In this document: one piece after another, positions 1-8,839 of the stretch
How positions within the stretch are numbered: position 1 is the first letter of the stretch
Layout of the letters: each line of letters begins with the position of its first letter
Source: a virus
Length of the DNA: 64,000 bases
Direction: 5' to 3' (one strand)
IMG/VR virus record: IMGVR_UViG_3300020274_000001
Coordinates: 64,001 to 128,000 of that record
Notes under the pieces: generated by a model
What the model was told of the DNA's origin: nothing
The model's database searches: none
What the model saw: only the letters and a program-made list of their open reading frames with translations
Made by a program: the position numbers and the translations under genes

Positions 1-2
1 AC

Positions 3-206
3 CGACCTGTGACAATCAAAGACTTTAACGAAGTCTTTAACCCAACCACAGGTATGAAGCCTACCTCCGAAACGAGGAAGGCAGACATCGAGGCTATGCG
101 TGAATTCGTTGGCAACGGAACAATGCGTATCGCAAACACCCCGGAGAACACAGTTGATGGTAAATCAACGTTCGAGGCTTTCAAGCCAAACCGAGGTTTT
201 GCTTGA
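3..206 (+). CDS. C-terminal fragment of probable AAA+ ATPase (Ycf46-like), truncated by window start
   Basis: RPVTIKDFNEVF..KPTSETRKADIEAMREFVGNGTMRIAN resembles the C-terminal lid of Ycf46-type AAA ATPases; frame open from window edge. Confidence 0.5.
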   Translation, partial: RPVTIKDFNEVFNPTTGMKPTSETRKADIEAMREFVGNGTMRIANTPENTVDGKSTFEAFKPNRGFA

Positions 207-233
207 CGATATAACGTGCCCTTGTGGCACATA

Positions 234-498
234 GGAAGAGGAAGACTGCATTCTGAATGGGTGTGGTCGAGGATATTAGCAGTAATTGTAAAGTCGGTTG
301 CACCGTTCTCGTTTTACGGACGAGCAAAGAAACAGTTGCGTTGACATGCAGGTGCAATCCCATCCTTAACCACAACTCATGAATGATGTTTCATCAAAAC
401 ACCCACTTCGAACAAGTTACCAACAGGTGACATGTATTGTGGCAATCTTTTGATGTATCAAGCGGAGACGTAACCGGCGAGTAAGGGGCTGGGTTACG
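234..498 (+). ncRNA. candidate structured non-coding RNA
   Basis: Follows GTGCC/GGCAC hairpin+ATAG; no credible ORF; nested stems TGGGTG(258)/CACCCA(400), TGGTCGAGGAT(264)/ATCCTTAACCA(362), TTGCACC(298)/GGTGCAA(351), CGTAACC(469)/GGTTACG(492). Confidence 0.45.
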
Positions 499-513
499 GG
501 CCTTACGGCCATA

Positions 514-579
514 GGTTGGACAGGAAGCAGAGAGTGCCGTTTATGTGGTGCATCCCATCCCTTTTCCTGTCCACCACAG
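514..579 (+). ncRNA. hairpin non-coding module bracketed by the junction signal
   Basis: GG.TGGACAGGAA...TTCCTGTCCA.CC stem followed by ACAG; preceded by GGCCttacGGCC-ATAG. Confidence 0.5.
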
Positions 580-636
580 AAAATTTGCGTGACATGGCGA
601 TGCTGAATGGCAATCGTTGTGTCACGTATTTTTTTT
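580..636 (+). terminator. long hairpin followed by T8 (terminator-like)
   Basis: TGCGTGACATGGCGAT...ATCGTTGTGTCACGTA then TTTTTTTT. Confidence 0.45.
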
Positions 637-684
637 GGACCGAACCACACTATGCGAACTACATCAAAGCCGCAAGGTCCTTAG
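637..684 (+). ncRNA. dual-spacer unit (1 copy)
   Basis: GGACCGAACCA-cactatgc-GAACTACA-tcaaagcc-GCAAGGTCC-TTAG; stem variant GGACC/GGTCC. Confidence 0.75.
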
Positions 685-936
685 ATGCTATCAGATAGCA
701 TATTTGAAGTGCGAGAAGCCCTAATGAGTGCTTATCGACACTATTGCATGGACACCGACACTTTCGCAGGAGTCTATGACGAAGAAATGAAATCGAGAGT
801 TCGTCAACTTGTGACGGACATGACTCGAATACTTCTCACACCGGGGATGGACATTCCACCGGTAGCAGAAGCACCATTGGTTGAAGATTGGGACCCTACC
901 GTATGGCAGGACCTATATCCTCAACCCGAGACTTGA
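685..936 (+). CDS. hypothetical protein
   Basis: ORF starts directly after TTAG junction; stop lies in the next hairpin. Confidence 0.75.
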   Translation: MLSDSIFEVREALMSAYRHYCMDTDTFAGVYDEEMKSRVRQLVTDMTRILLTPGMDIPPVAEAPLVEDWDPTVWQDLYPQPET

Positions 937-945
937 GTCTCATAG

Positions 946-1332
946 ATGGTATGCGTTACATACATCAAAACCGGTGCAGACACCGGATTGGTCGTGCCGT
1001 ATGATACGGGCGACTACCACACATGGAAAGGGCACGAAGCAGACTTGCTTCTAAAAGACCCTCCGAGAGAACTCTCGGGAATGGAAAAGTGCTACCACGT
1101 TAAGTGGATAAACAAGACGCCTCGAATGACAAATAAGCAAATTATTTCTTCTGAAGAATTTGCCGAAAAGTATGAGGTTAATTGTGAAAGAATTGAAGGA
1201 AATACTCCTACATTCCATGTTACACGAGGTGGCGGATTTACAATCAAAGTCACTAACGGCAATGGGGCTTTTGGCCACTTGGACTATGTCGCACGCCCAC
1301 TTTGGGTAACAGGCGATAAGAGGACTCGTTAG
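946..1332 (+). CDS. hypothetical protein
   Basis: GAGACT/AGTCTC hairpin+ATAG+ATG. Confidence 0.75.
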   Translation: MVCVTYIKTGADTGLVVPYDTGDYHTWKGHEADLLLKDPPRELSGMEKCYHVKWINKTPRMTNKQIISSEEFAEKYEVNCERIEGNTPTFHVTRGGGFTIKVTNGNGAFGHLDYVARPLWVTGDKRTR

Positions 1333-1364
1333 AGTTCATAACCGGTCGATACATCGACCATAGG

Positions 1365-2030
1365 ATGAGAGTCATATGGAATGACGATAAAAGGGCACTA
1401 AGGACACACGAATGTCTATCTGCCCTTTCCATCTACCACGCCTACAAAGAGGCTGGAGATAACTATCTTGACGAAGTCGACGTAGCAAGACAAGGCTATG
1501 TGGTTCGTCGAGATATTCGGAATACCACACCGGCATCTGTATTTGAGGTCTTTACAGAACTCTACCAATCATTGGTGGAAGACATAGACAACCTATACAA
1601 TGACCGAGATGGTTTGCGTCAAAGAATGCAAGAAGGTTCATGGGACCCAATTGACGAATTGATGAATGATGGCCGAATGAAAAACGCTATTGGCGTATTC
1701 CTACAAAGGAAGAACATGATTGTTAATCGTATGCCGGAAAATAAAGCATACGACAAGGCTCGAGATGACTTGAGTTCTGCAATCGAGGATATGAAGGGAT
1801 TCATCGGAGCGTTCCTATCGGATGCTTCACAAACACTCTTGACAGCAATTTCACGAAATGGTTTGAAAGACGGAAAGGACATCGGGGCACTCAAGCCTCG
1901 CGTTCTCGGTCTTGACTGGAGTGGTCTTGTTGTTCGCATTGATGTGGACGAACAGACCATCATGCTGAATGAAGAGAAAGAGAAAGAAGACAAGGACACA
2001 AGTCCTTCGTTTGACCCTTCGTATGGTTGA
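1365..2030 (+). CDS. hypothetical protein
   Basis: 221 aa; GGTCGAT/ATCGACC hairpin+ATAG upstream. Confidence 0.8.
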   Translation: MRVIWNDDKRALRTHECLSALSIYHAYKEAGDNYLDEVDVARQGYVVRRDIRNTTPASVFEVFTELYQSLVEDIDNLYNDRDGLRQRMQEGSWDPIDELMNDGRMKNAIGVFLQRKNMIVNRMPENKAYDKARDDLSSAIEDMKGFIGAFLSDASQTLLTAISRNGLKDGKDIGALKPRVLGLDWSGLVVRIDVDEQTIMLNEEKEKEDKDTSPSFDPSYG

Positions 2031-2047
2031 CGGCCTTATGGCCATAG

Positions 2048-2245
2048 ATGATGCACACATCATTAGTATGTCCAATCTGTTGTTCTGAACACACCCAAGC
2101 GGTAATGATTGACCCCGGCGAATTATATTTGCCAGACTCCAATCCAAAGCGTATATTCGCTTGTTCAGAATGCGATTGTTCTTGGGAGGTTGAATACTTC
2201 CCTGCGAAGAAGAAGATTCTTCACAAACTCCCGGTCTCTGCATGA
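2048..2245 (+). CDS. small zinc-ribbon protein
   Basis: CPIC...CSEC; junction signal before ATG. Confidence 0.7.
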   Translation: MMHTSLVCPICCSEHTQAVMIDPGELYLPDSNPKRIFACSECDCSWEVEYFPAKKKILHKLPVSA

Positions 2246-2252
2246 GGCCATA

Positions 2253-2385
2253 GAGCAAAACATGCAGGATGTAATGTTAAAAACACCGTATGCTCATAGA
2301 ACCACAACATATGGCCGGAATTGTATATATGGTGAATGGTTCACAGAGCGAATCGCTTATGGCTGATTGTAACTTGGCAGATAAC
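2253..2385 (+). ncRNA. dual-spacer units (2 copies + 1 degenerate)
   Basis: GAGC-stem unit tgcaggat/aaaacacc; GAACC-stem unit tatggccg/tatatggt; remnant cttatggc/acttggca lacking the 3' stem arm. Confidence 0.75.
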
Positions 2386-2667
2386 ATGCCAAGTGCACTA
2401 CAAAAGAAAGTTCAGCCAGTCGGACCCCTTGCAGATATTGTGGGTTCAAAGAAATTAACTCGTGGAGAAATCGTAAAGAAATTATGGGCTCACATTAAGA
2501 AGCACAAACTCCAAGGAGAGAAAGGTGACACCTGTAAATACAACGGTAAGACCTACAAGGGAGGTCAAGTCATTTTCTGCGAGACAGATGAAATGTATGC
2601 ACTTTGTGGCAAAGACAAAATTGCCATGACTGAATTAACAGCAATTGCAAACAAATACATCGACTAA
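2386..2667 (+). CDS. SWIB/MDM2-domain protein
   Basis: LADIVGSKKLTRGEIVKKLWAHIKKHKLQ..IFC..IAMTEL matches the stand-alone SWIB pattern; start corrected to 2386. Confidence 0.85.
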   Translation: MPSALQKKVQPVGPLADIVGSKKLTRGEIVKKLWAHIKKHKLQGEKGDTCKYNGKTYKGGQVIFCETDEMYALCGKDKIAMTELTAIANKYID

Positions 2668-2693
2668 GTAGACGATATTCAAATCGTCTTAGA

Positions 2694-3134
2694 ATGCCTA
2701 AGACGGCAGACAAAGAAGACGAGGATTCCTATGAGAAGACTCGTGAAGTGATTGGCTCGACTACGAGCGTAATCATAACTCCAGACGGAGAAGACAATGA
2801 GTTCCCAGAAGGAACCATGTGGCTTTACTCCATTGGAATGTATGAAAATTACGGGATACCCGATATCGAAATGAGAGGGGTAGATACTCGATTTGCGAAG
2901 GCCGCAAGTCAAGTAATCAACGAGATGAATGCTTACCGTCTTTTGAACTTGGATAAGCCCATGTTAGTGGGCCAAACCGTTCAATGGAATACTGGTAACT
3001 TCATCATTACTGAATCTGAAGAATGGGATGGAATGTATTCATGGAATGAAGAAACCATGATTCGAATGTCATCTCGTGAAATGGAAATACACTGCACTTC
3101 ATGTCAAATGGAAGATGCAGGAGCAGAGGCTTGA
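2694..3134 (+). CDS. DUF4262-like protein
   Basis: WLYSIGMYENYGIPDIEMRG motif. Confidence 0.5.
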   Translation: MPKTADKEDEDSYEKTREVIGSTTSVIITPDGEDNEFPEGTMWLYSIGMYENYGIPDIEMRGVDTRFAKAASQVINEMNAYRLLNLDKPMLVGQTVQWNTGNFIITESEEWDGMYSWNEETMIRMSSREMEIHCTSCQMEDAGAEA

Positions 3135-3143
3135 TGCCTCATA

Positions 3144-3191
3144 GAACCTAATCATACCTTTTGTAATGCACCATGCGGGCAAGGTTCACAG
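3144..3191 (+). ncRNA. dual-spacer unit (1)
   Basis: tacctttt/ccatgcgg; stem GAACCT/AGGTTC+ACAG. Confidence 0.75.
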
Positions 3192-3413
3192 ATGTCTAAC
3201 GAAAAGACAGCGACACGAGCATGGAAAGCCACGCTCGTTTTTGGAGAGTTTGCCGACCTACGTGCATTCCTCCAGCAACATGGAGTCCGCATATCTGACT
3301 TCGCAATCACCGACAAAGACGGGAATCATCTCGGTTTTGACGACGTGGTGTTGTCTATGCCTCAATCAGTTGATGAGACGCAGACAACTCTGTATAGCGG
3401 AACCGAGGCTTGA
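3192..3413 (+). CDS. hypothetical protein
   Basis: ATG directly after ACAG. Confidence 0.7.
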   Translation: MSNEKTATRAWKATLVFGEFADLRAFLQQHGVRISDFAITDKDGNHLGFDDVVLSMPQSVDETQTTLYSGTEA

Positions 3414-3422
3414 TGCCTCATA

Positions 3423-3514
3423 GAGCAAACAAATAACCTGTGTTACATAACTTATGAATGCTCATAGAACCGAACCATTACATGGGAAATACACATGGCC
3501 AGAAAGGTTCACAG
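3423..3514 (+). ncRNA. dual-spacer units (2)
   Basis: aataacct/taacttat; ttacatgg/catggcca. Confidence 0.75.
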
Positions 3515-3769
3515 ATGAATTTCATTGGAGATTTCATGACGCCGGATGAACTTTCGGCGGACTTCGCCAGAACTGGCGGATACGGCAACATCAGAGACTT
3601 ATCAAAGGAAGGTGGGCCGACTCTGGAACAACAGCACGAAATTAATCGTGTATGGTTGAATCAACAATTTTCTATGCTGAAAGTTGGCGGGATATGGGCG
3701 TGGCCCGAAACCCGTAGACTATTCAAGAAAGTTGATAGAGACCATTTCAGAGAAATTGACGGACCTTGA
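3515..3769 (+). CDS. hypothetical protein
   Basis: Start corrected to the ATG after ACAG. Confidence 0.7.
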   Translation: MNFIGDFMTPDELSADFARTGGYGNIRDLSKEGGPTLEQQHEINRVWLNQQFSMLKVGGIWAWPETRRLFKKVDRDHFREIDGP

Positions 3770-3776
3770 GTCCATA

Positions 3777-3822
3777 GAGCAAAACATACCCTCCGAGTTA
3801 CAACTCATGTGTATGCTCATAG
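3777..3822 (+). ncRNA. dual-spacer unit (1)
   Basis: taccctcc/actcatgt; GAGCA/TGCTC stem. Confidence 0.75.
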
Positions 3823-3925
3823 GAGAGAGGATGCGAGCAGTCGTCCTATGCAATAACTGCCACTTCCAAAGATGGGAAGTATCGGGTGCGAGCAGTCCCC
3901 GAATCAATACTGTGCCTCTCCTTAG
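3822..3925 (+). ncRNA. ~100-nt structured module with two identical loops
   Basis: GGAGAG/CTCTCC closing stem+TTAG; TGCGAGCAGTC at 3832 and 3887, each in a hairpin. Confidence 0.55.
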
Positions 3926-4015
3926 AGCAAACAGACGGTTTGTAATGCAAAGATTACGTTGCTCACAGAACCGAACCAAACACGTTGCAATGTATTGAAA
4001 ATGTATGGTTCACAG
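3925..4015 (+). ncRNA. dual-spacer units (2)
   Basis: gacggttt/aagattac; aacacgtt/ttgaaaat. Confidence 0.75.
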
Positions 4016-4016
4016 A

Positions 4017-5063
4017 ATGGTGAAAATGAACATCACTATACAGTTGGATGACAATGATATCAGTTTAACTGAATTGTTATCGGCTATAATTCACAAGGAA
4101 CATGTTCCTGTGAATGATGTGCCTGTTGTGAAAGTAGAAGAACCTACTCCACAAAAACAGGAAGAGGAAGCACCTACAAAGAAGCCGAGGAAGAAATCTA
4201 AGGCTCGTAAGAATAAAAATTACGTTTGTAGAAAGTGTGGCGCAACCGAATCATCACAATGGAGGCAACGAACAGACCCAAGAGGAACTATGTGCAATAT
4301 TTGTCATATGAAAGAGTATAGACAGATGAGAAACAATGCTCTTGGGAAATCAAAGCCCGTTGTGGAGATAGTTGAGGAGCCCGTTGAGAAAGTAGAAGTA
4401 ATGAAGAAGCCGGTTGTAAAACCACGAATCATTACTCCGAAAAGACGGACTACTAAGCCAAAACTAAAGATTCCTCGAAAGAAGAAGAAGGAAAACCAAC
4501 GCCCCGAACTAAGGGACATTGGCGGACTTGTGGATTCTGACAGACTTGCTCTGCTCAAGAATTCTAACTTCAACACCGTTAGACGGTTTGCGCAAGCACA
4601 CCCGGACAAGTTGATGTCCGTAATGGGTTGTTCTTTGAACGAACTTGAAGCATTGGAAAATGCTCAAAGAAAGGCGGCGGCTCTACACCGGAAATATTCT
4701 ATGATTTCTGCGGCAGAGAGAAACGCTGAACGACTAAAGGACCAGCCCGATGAAAAACCGAAGTGGGAGAAATCAAAAACTCTATCGACGGTTTGGAACG
4801 GAATCGAAGGACGTGAAGTGGGGGCATACATGCTCTCCGACGTAGTGGACAAAGCATATCACATTGCTACTACAAACTACGAAGACACACCTAAGAAGAA
4901 GAAATTCAAAAGTCAACTTCTAACGGCAGGACAAGAAATGTTCGAAAAGATAGTGAAGGCGGCTAACAGCCCTAACTTCTCTATCTTGGGAATGGGCGAC
5001 AACATCGCTCTTCTTGTTCTAAACAAAAAAGACTGGCCCACTCTACGGGACATCGAGGCTTGA
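4017..5063 (+). CDS. DNA-binding protein with GATA-type zinc finger and helix-hairpin-helix-like region
   Basis: CRKC-GATESSQWRQRTDPRGTM-CNIC (C-x2-C-x18-C-x2-C with WR); LRDIGGLV..LLKNSNFNTVRRFAQAHPDKL resembles a RadA-type HhH. Confidence 0.7.
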   Translation: MVKMNITIQLDDNDISLTELLSAIIHKEHVPVNDVPVVKVEEPTPQKQEEEAPTKKPRKKSKARKNKNYVCRKCGATESSQWRQRTDPRGTMCNICHMKEYRQMRNNALGKSKPVVEIVEEPVEKVEVMKKPVVKPRIITPKRRTTKPKLKIPRKKKKENQRPELRDIGGLVDSDRLALLKNSNFNTVRRFAQAHPDKLMSVMGCSLNELEALENAQRKAAALHRKYSMISAAERNAERLKDQPDEKPKWEKSKTLSTVWNGIEGREVGAYMLSDVVDKAYHIATTNYEDTPKKKKFKSQLLTAGQEMFEKIVKAANSPNFSILGMGDNIALLVLNKKDWPTLRDIEA

Positions 5064-5075
5064 TGCCTCATAGGT

Positions 5076-5372
5076 ATGGCACAAAACCCTATCAAGAAAG
5101 GCGAGGAGACGAAAATCGTCACCGTTCGCATGGCTGAATCCGACTACAAGTTGATTCAGATGAGAGCAAAGGCGGCCAGCATGACTATTGCTGACTATAT
5201 CCGTTTGCTCGTCCTTGATGCCGAAAGACTTCGTGATTACGTTAGTGACGCTAAAGTGGTCACTGACAAGATACAGAAGGTAATGGCATCAATGGACCTA
5301 CAACCAGAAACCGAAGACGAAGAAGAATACGATAAAATTTCATTCGAAGGTCTCGGTAGTTTGTTTGGGTGA
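5076..5372 (+). CDS. ribbon-helix-helix DNA-binding protein
   Basis: KIVTVRMAESDYKLIQMRAKAASMTIADYIRLLV. Confidence 0.7.
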   Translation: MAQNPIKKGEETKIVTVRMAESDYKLIQMRAKAASMTIADYIRLLVLDAERLRDYVSDAKVVTDKIQKVMASMDLQPETEDEEEYDKISFEGLGSLFG

Positions 5373-5377
5373 TTGCG

Positions 5378-5791
5378 ATGACTAACATCGAAATCAACCT
5401 AACACTGGAAGGCGAAGAGGCACTACGTGTTCTACAAGCCATCCTAAACAAAGGAGCAGAAATACCTGTTACCCACACACCTGTGGTGGAGAAAACCGCC
5501 AAACCGGAGACTAATAATTGGACCCACCAGAAAAATACACGGTGGACCGAAAGGCAAATCGATTATCTTTCTTGCATGGTCAGAGACCATTATGCAGAAC
5601 ACGGCTTGATTTCGTTCCGTCATGAAGACCGAATGAAAGTGGAAGCCGAATTCTGGGACCTGTGTGGAGCAATCCGCTCTTGGAAAGGAATGAACGTCAG
5701 AACCTCGATTATGAGGGGCAAAGGCGACAAGCGTTTCTTCCCAGACGGTAAGAAGAAGGTTAAACGTAAGAAAACTCCTAAACGGTCTTGA
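5378..5791 (+). CDS. hypothetical protein (possible Myb-like helical domain)
   Basis: GGTGA RBS; RWTERQIDYL; N-terminus shared with the 23933 ORF. Confidence 0.65.
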   Translation: MTNIEINLTLEGEEALRVLQAILNKGAEIPVTHTPVVEKTAKPETNNWTHQKNTRWTERQIDYLSCMVRDHYAEHGLISFRHEDRMKVEAEFWDLCGAIRSWKGMNVRTSIMRGKGDKRFFPDGKKKVKRKKTPKRS

Positions 5792-5800
5792 TTGACCATA

Positions 5801-5848
5801 GAACCAAACCAAATGGAATGTATTTTACATTATTCGAATGGTTCACAG
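5801..5848 (+). ncRNA. dual-spacer unit (1)
   Basis: aatggaat/cattattc. Confidence 0.75.
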
Positions 5849-6109
5849 ATGGCCCTATCGGTTATTGAAAACAACGTCATGAATGCGCAACTGCATTTCA
5901 TGAGAGACATGCTTGAAGTTCAAAAGAACCAAGCAGAGGCAATGGAAAGAATTGCTAATCAACTCGAAGAGATGATGAAGTTCCTACATGGGACTACCAT
6001 CGAACAAGTCGAAAGAAAACGACAACAAATGAAGAAGAAGACTCAAAAGAATGAAACTTCTGAAGTTGAAGCCATGAAGGAATTCATGCAAAAAACAAAA
6101 GAGGCTTAG
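5849..6109 (+). CDS. hypothetical coiled-coil protein
   Basis: Start corrected to the ATG after ACAG. Confidence 0.7.
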   Translation: MALSVIENNVMNAQLHFMRDMLEVQKNQAEAMERIANQLEEMMKFLHGTTIEQVERKRQQMKKKTQKNETSEVEAMKEFMQKTKEA

Positions 6110-6119
6110 TCCTCATAGA

Positions 6120-7292
6120 ATGAATGCAAACGACATTCAAACCCTCCACGACAAATATAGTGCCTTTACTGGTATTCCTATGGCGGACAGTAAAATGTTC
6201 TACATTGAATACACTGGTATGGGCGACCTTTTCGAAGGTGCACCAGTAGGTGGTCGTGTCGTGAAGGGACTCGAGTTTACATATCGACATGGAGACTTGT
6301 GGATTACTACTCTGTATGAAGAAAGATTCGAACAGAGGAAGTTTCCAAAAAACACGCTTGAGGGCAACTGCCCCGAGTTTATTTGTTCATGGGACGGCAA
6401 TTCCACCATTATGAATGTGGGAAGGTGCGACGTTCTACTCATTTTGCTTGATTTGCGAAATGGAAGACATCACATGACACTACAACACAAAGGTTCAACA
6501 CTTTTCCGACACATGGGAGGAAATTTTACTTGGAACAGTGGTGTAGACACAGAATTCTTGCCGAGGATAGACTTGGAACGGACATGTAGAACATGGGCCG
6601 TTTCTGGTGAACTTGGATTAGAATTGATGCAGAACATTACAGGAGAGGGCACAAGACATGCCCCGTATACTGCTATCATACATGGTAGAGCCTCCAATAT
6701 TGGAGTTTCTTACTATGATGACAACGGCGGAGACTTTGTGGAAACAAAGGCTCTCGCTCAAAGATACGGCTCTAAATATATCGGAAGGACCACTTCGTGG
6801 GACGAGGTTTCTGACACCAGAAGTTTTCTTCTTCACGAAGACCACAGTGTGTGGCACAACAGAAGAAGGATGAACTCGATAAAAATCATGGAACTTCATT
6901 TTCCAAGAAATGATATCGAAACTGCTAACGCAACCTACGACATATTTGGAAACGCAGACAAGAAGCAAGCGTGCGGCTATTCTCTGATTTATGAGAATGG
7001 CGAAATGGAACGCTACCTCTTTATGGCCCCTTTCAAACGAGGCCACCCTCTTAACGAATTTTTGCCAAAAACAAGATTCAAGGAAATCTATATTCCAGAG
7101 CAACTACCGGTTGACTACTGGACATGGGTATCCGAAGTAATTCAAGGAGACGATGAATTGAACAAAGAAGAAAAACAAATGGTTGGTAAGTGGTTTACAG
7201 GCTACATTACCAATATGATTCGTAAGGGAAAACAACCCTCTGACGAAGAAATCGAGTTTGCTAAAAGACTCGGCGTTTACAAAGGAGAATAA
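6120..7292 (+). CDS. hypothetical protein
   Basis: 390 aa ORF with junction signal. Confidence 0.8.
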   Translation: MNANDIQTLHDKYSAFTGIPMADSKMFYIEYTGMGDLFEGAPVGGRVVKGLEFTYRHGDLWITTLYEERFEQRKFPKNTLEGNCPEFICSWDGNSTIMNVGRCDVLLILLDLRNGRHHMTLQHKGSTLFRHMGGNFTWNSGVDTEFLPRIDLERTCRTWAVSGELGLELMQNITGEGTRHAPYTAIIHGRASNIGVSYYDDNGGDFVETKALAQRYGSKYIGRTTSWDEVSDTRSFLLHEDHSVWHNRRRMNSIKIMELHFPRNDIETANATYDIFGNADKKQACGYSLIYENGEMERYLFMAPFKRGHPLNEFLPKTRFKEIYIPEQLPVDYWTWVSEVIQGDDELNKEEKQMVGKWFTGYITNMIRKGKQPSDEEIEFAKRLGVYKGE

Positions 7293-7301
7293 TCTCCATA
7301 G

Positions 7302-7919
7302 ATGGCAATAGACCACGAATCACAAATGCCTTGGAGGGATAGTGACATTAAGGAGTTGGATAAAAAATTCCATACCATGTTCGCATTTCCCAAGGTATTT
7401 TCAGAGTTGAACCAACTGTCCAACTCTAAAGTGAAATTCGAGATTAAACTGCACATCATGCGCCTTTTGCAAGAAATTGTAATACAATTTGAAAACGAAG
7501 ACAAAAGAGCGAGTCAAGAAGCCAACCGGCACTTTGCTTGGGCATTTTTGCCTATTGCAACGGGTTGGAGGCGACTCGCTGAAAGTGATTTTAAGAAAGA
7601 AGATGACGGAAATCTCCAGATTCTAAGTAATAATACACATCACTTGGGAACCATGATGTATCAATTTGGGGCAATGAACTTTAGTTTGTTGACACTCATA
7701 TCTCGAAGCCCGTATGGTAAAGAATACCAAAACAGATATCATCGCAACCTAATGACGATGATAGACCATATGGGAGCGCAAATACCTCAAAAGGTAAACA
7801 CTTGCGCTAAAACTAAGATTTTTTGGAAGACAGAAAATATGGGCCTTGGAAATCAGAATGCGGAGGAACCTCTCATTCATATTCTTGAGGCATTGTTCAG
7901 AGGTATCCGATATGGTTGA
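7302..7919 (+). CDS. hypothetical protein
   Basis: GGAGA/TCTCC+ATAG+ATG. Confidence 0.8.
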   Translation: MAIDHESQMPWRDSDIKELDKKFHTMFAFPKVFSELNQLSNSKVKFEIKLHIMRLLQEIVIQFENEDKRASQEANRHFAWAFLPIATGWRRLAESDFKKEDDGNLQILSNNTHHLGTMMYQFGAMNFSLLTLISRSPYGKEYQNRYHRNLMTMIDHMGAQIPQKVNTCAKTKIFWKTENMGLGNQNAEEPLIHILEALFRGIRYG

Positions 7920-8457
7920 CCGCAAATGGTTGAAATACCGAATCCGAGACGAAGACGTTTCCGGAGATGGTGCCTTCCGAAACAAAACATATTCTCTAAG
8001 CGATGGTAGTGAAATGCCGCTATCAAAAGAAGAATGCATGGTAATGATTGTTAGCAGACCTTTCTGCTTGATGTTAGAAAACACATACAATTGCGCCACT
8101 GTTCGATTTTCTTGGGAAGACACGAAGGACATAATCCATCACGGAATACTTGCCTATCGTGTTGATTGGGATTGGAAATACATTCCAGACCACTACACCA
8201 AGCATGAAGACGAACTGTATTACGTCTTCTTGGACCCGGCACAGATATCAATTGATATCTTGGAAGACGTTCTTGGCAACAAAGCATACAGGAACGTTCA
8301 CACTACTACTCTAAAGCAAATCGTTAGTCATATGGAACTGCATGTCGCTTCAGACGGCAAGTTCAGAACGCAACCTTCTGCCATTATGGCAACAGTTGCA
8401 ATGGCTATCGGTATCCAAGAAATGGAAATCGCACAAGTAGTGCGTAACGAGGATTAA
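7912..8457 (+). CDS. hypothetical protein
   Basis: Overlapping start with GAGGT RBS. Confidence 0.7.
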   Translation: MVDRKWLKYRIRDEDVSGDGAFRNKTYSLSDGSEMPLSKEECMVMIVSRPFCLMLENTYNCATVRFSWEDTKDIIHHGILAYRVDWDWKYIPDHYTKHEDELYYVFLDPAQISIDILEDVLGNKAYRNVHTTTLKQIVSHMELHVASDGKFRTQPSAIMATVAMAIGIQEMEIAQVVRNED

Positions 8458-8465
8458 TCCTCATA

Positions 8466-8513
8466 GAACCGAACCACATCGAGTGAAATGCAATTATGAT
8501 GAATGGTTCACAG
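8466..8513 (+). ncRNA. dual-spacer unit (1)
   Basis: catcgagt/attatgat. Confidence 0.75.
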
Positions 8514-8807
8514 ATGGAGCAAAATGCTACCAGCAACGTAGAAGAGCAAGAACCGTCATTCTCACTAAGAGAAGGCGTGCTTTTCTTCCAAGGGAAGATT
8601 CGTGAAACGACTGTTCTCAATAGCGGAGATAACATCCAAGTATGGACAAATGACCGCCGCCGGTCGGGAGAAAATCCTGCAACCGGTAAACCATATCAAG
8701 ACCCAGAACTCTATGTCAAGGTCTTGTCAAAGGAACAACAAGAGAAAGGCAATTTTGCCTCTCGGGTTATTTCTGGACTATGGTCTCGACTTAAACGTCA
8801 AAATTAA
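8514..8807 (+). CDS. hypothetical protein
   Basis: Start corrected to the ATG after ACAG. Confidence 0.7.
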   Translation: MEQNATSNVEEQEPSFSLREGVLFFQGKIRETTVLNSGDNIQVWTNDRRRSGENPATGKPYQDPELYVKVLSKEQQEKGNFASRVISGLWSRLKRQN

Positions 8808-8839
8808 AAACGGTCGCCGATGAGTGACCATAGGATAAC

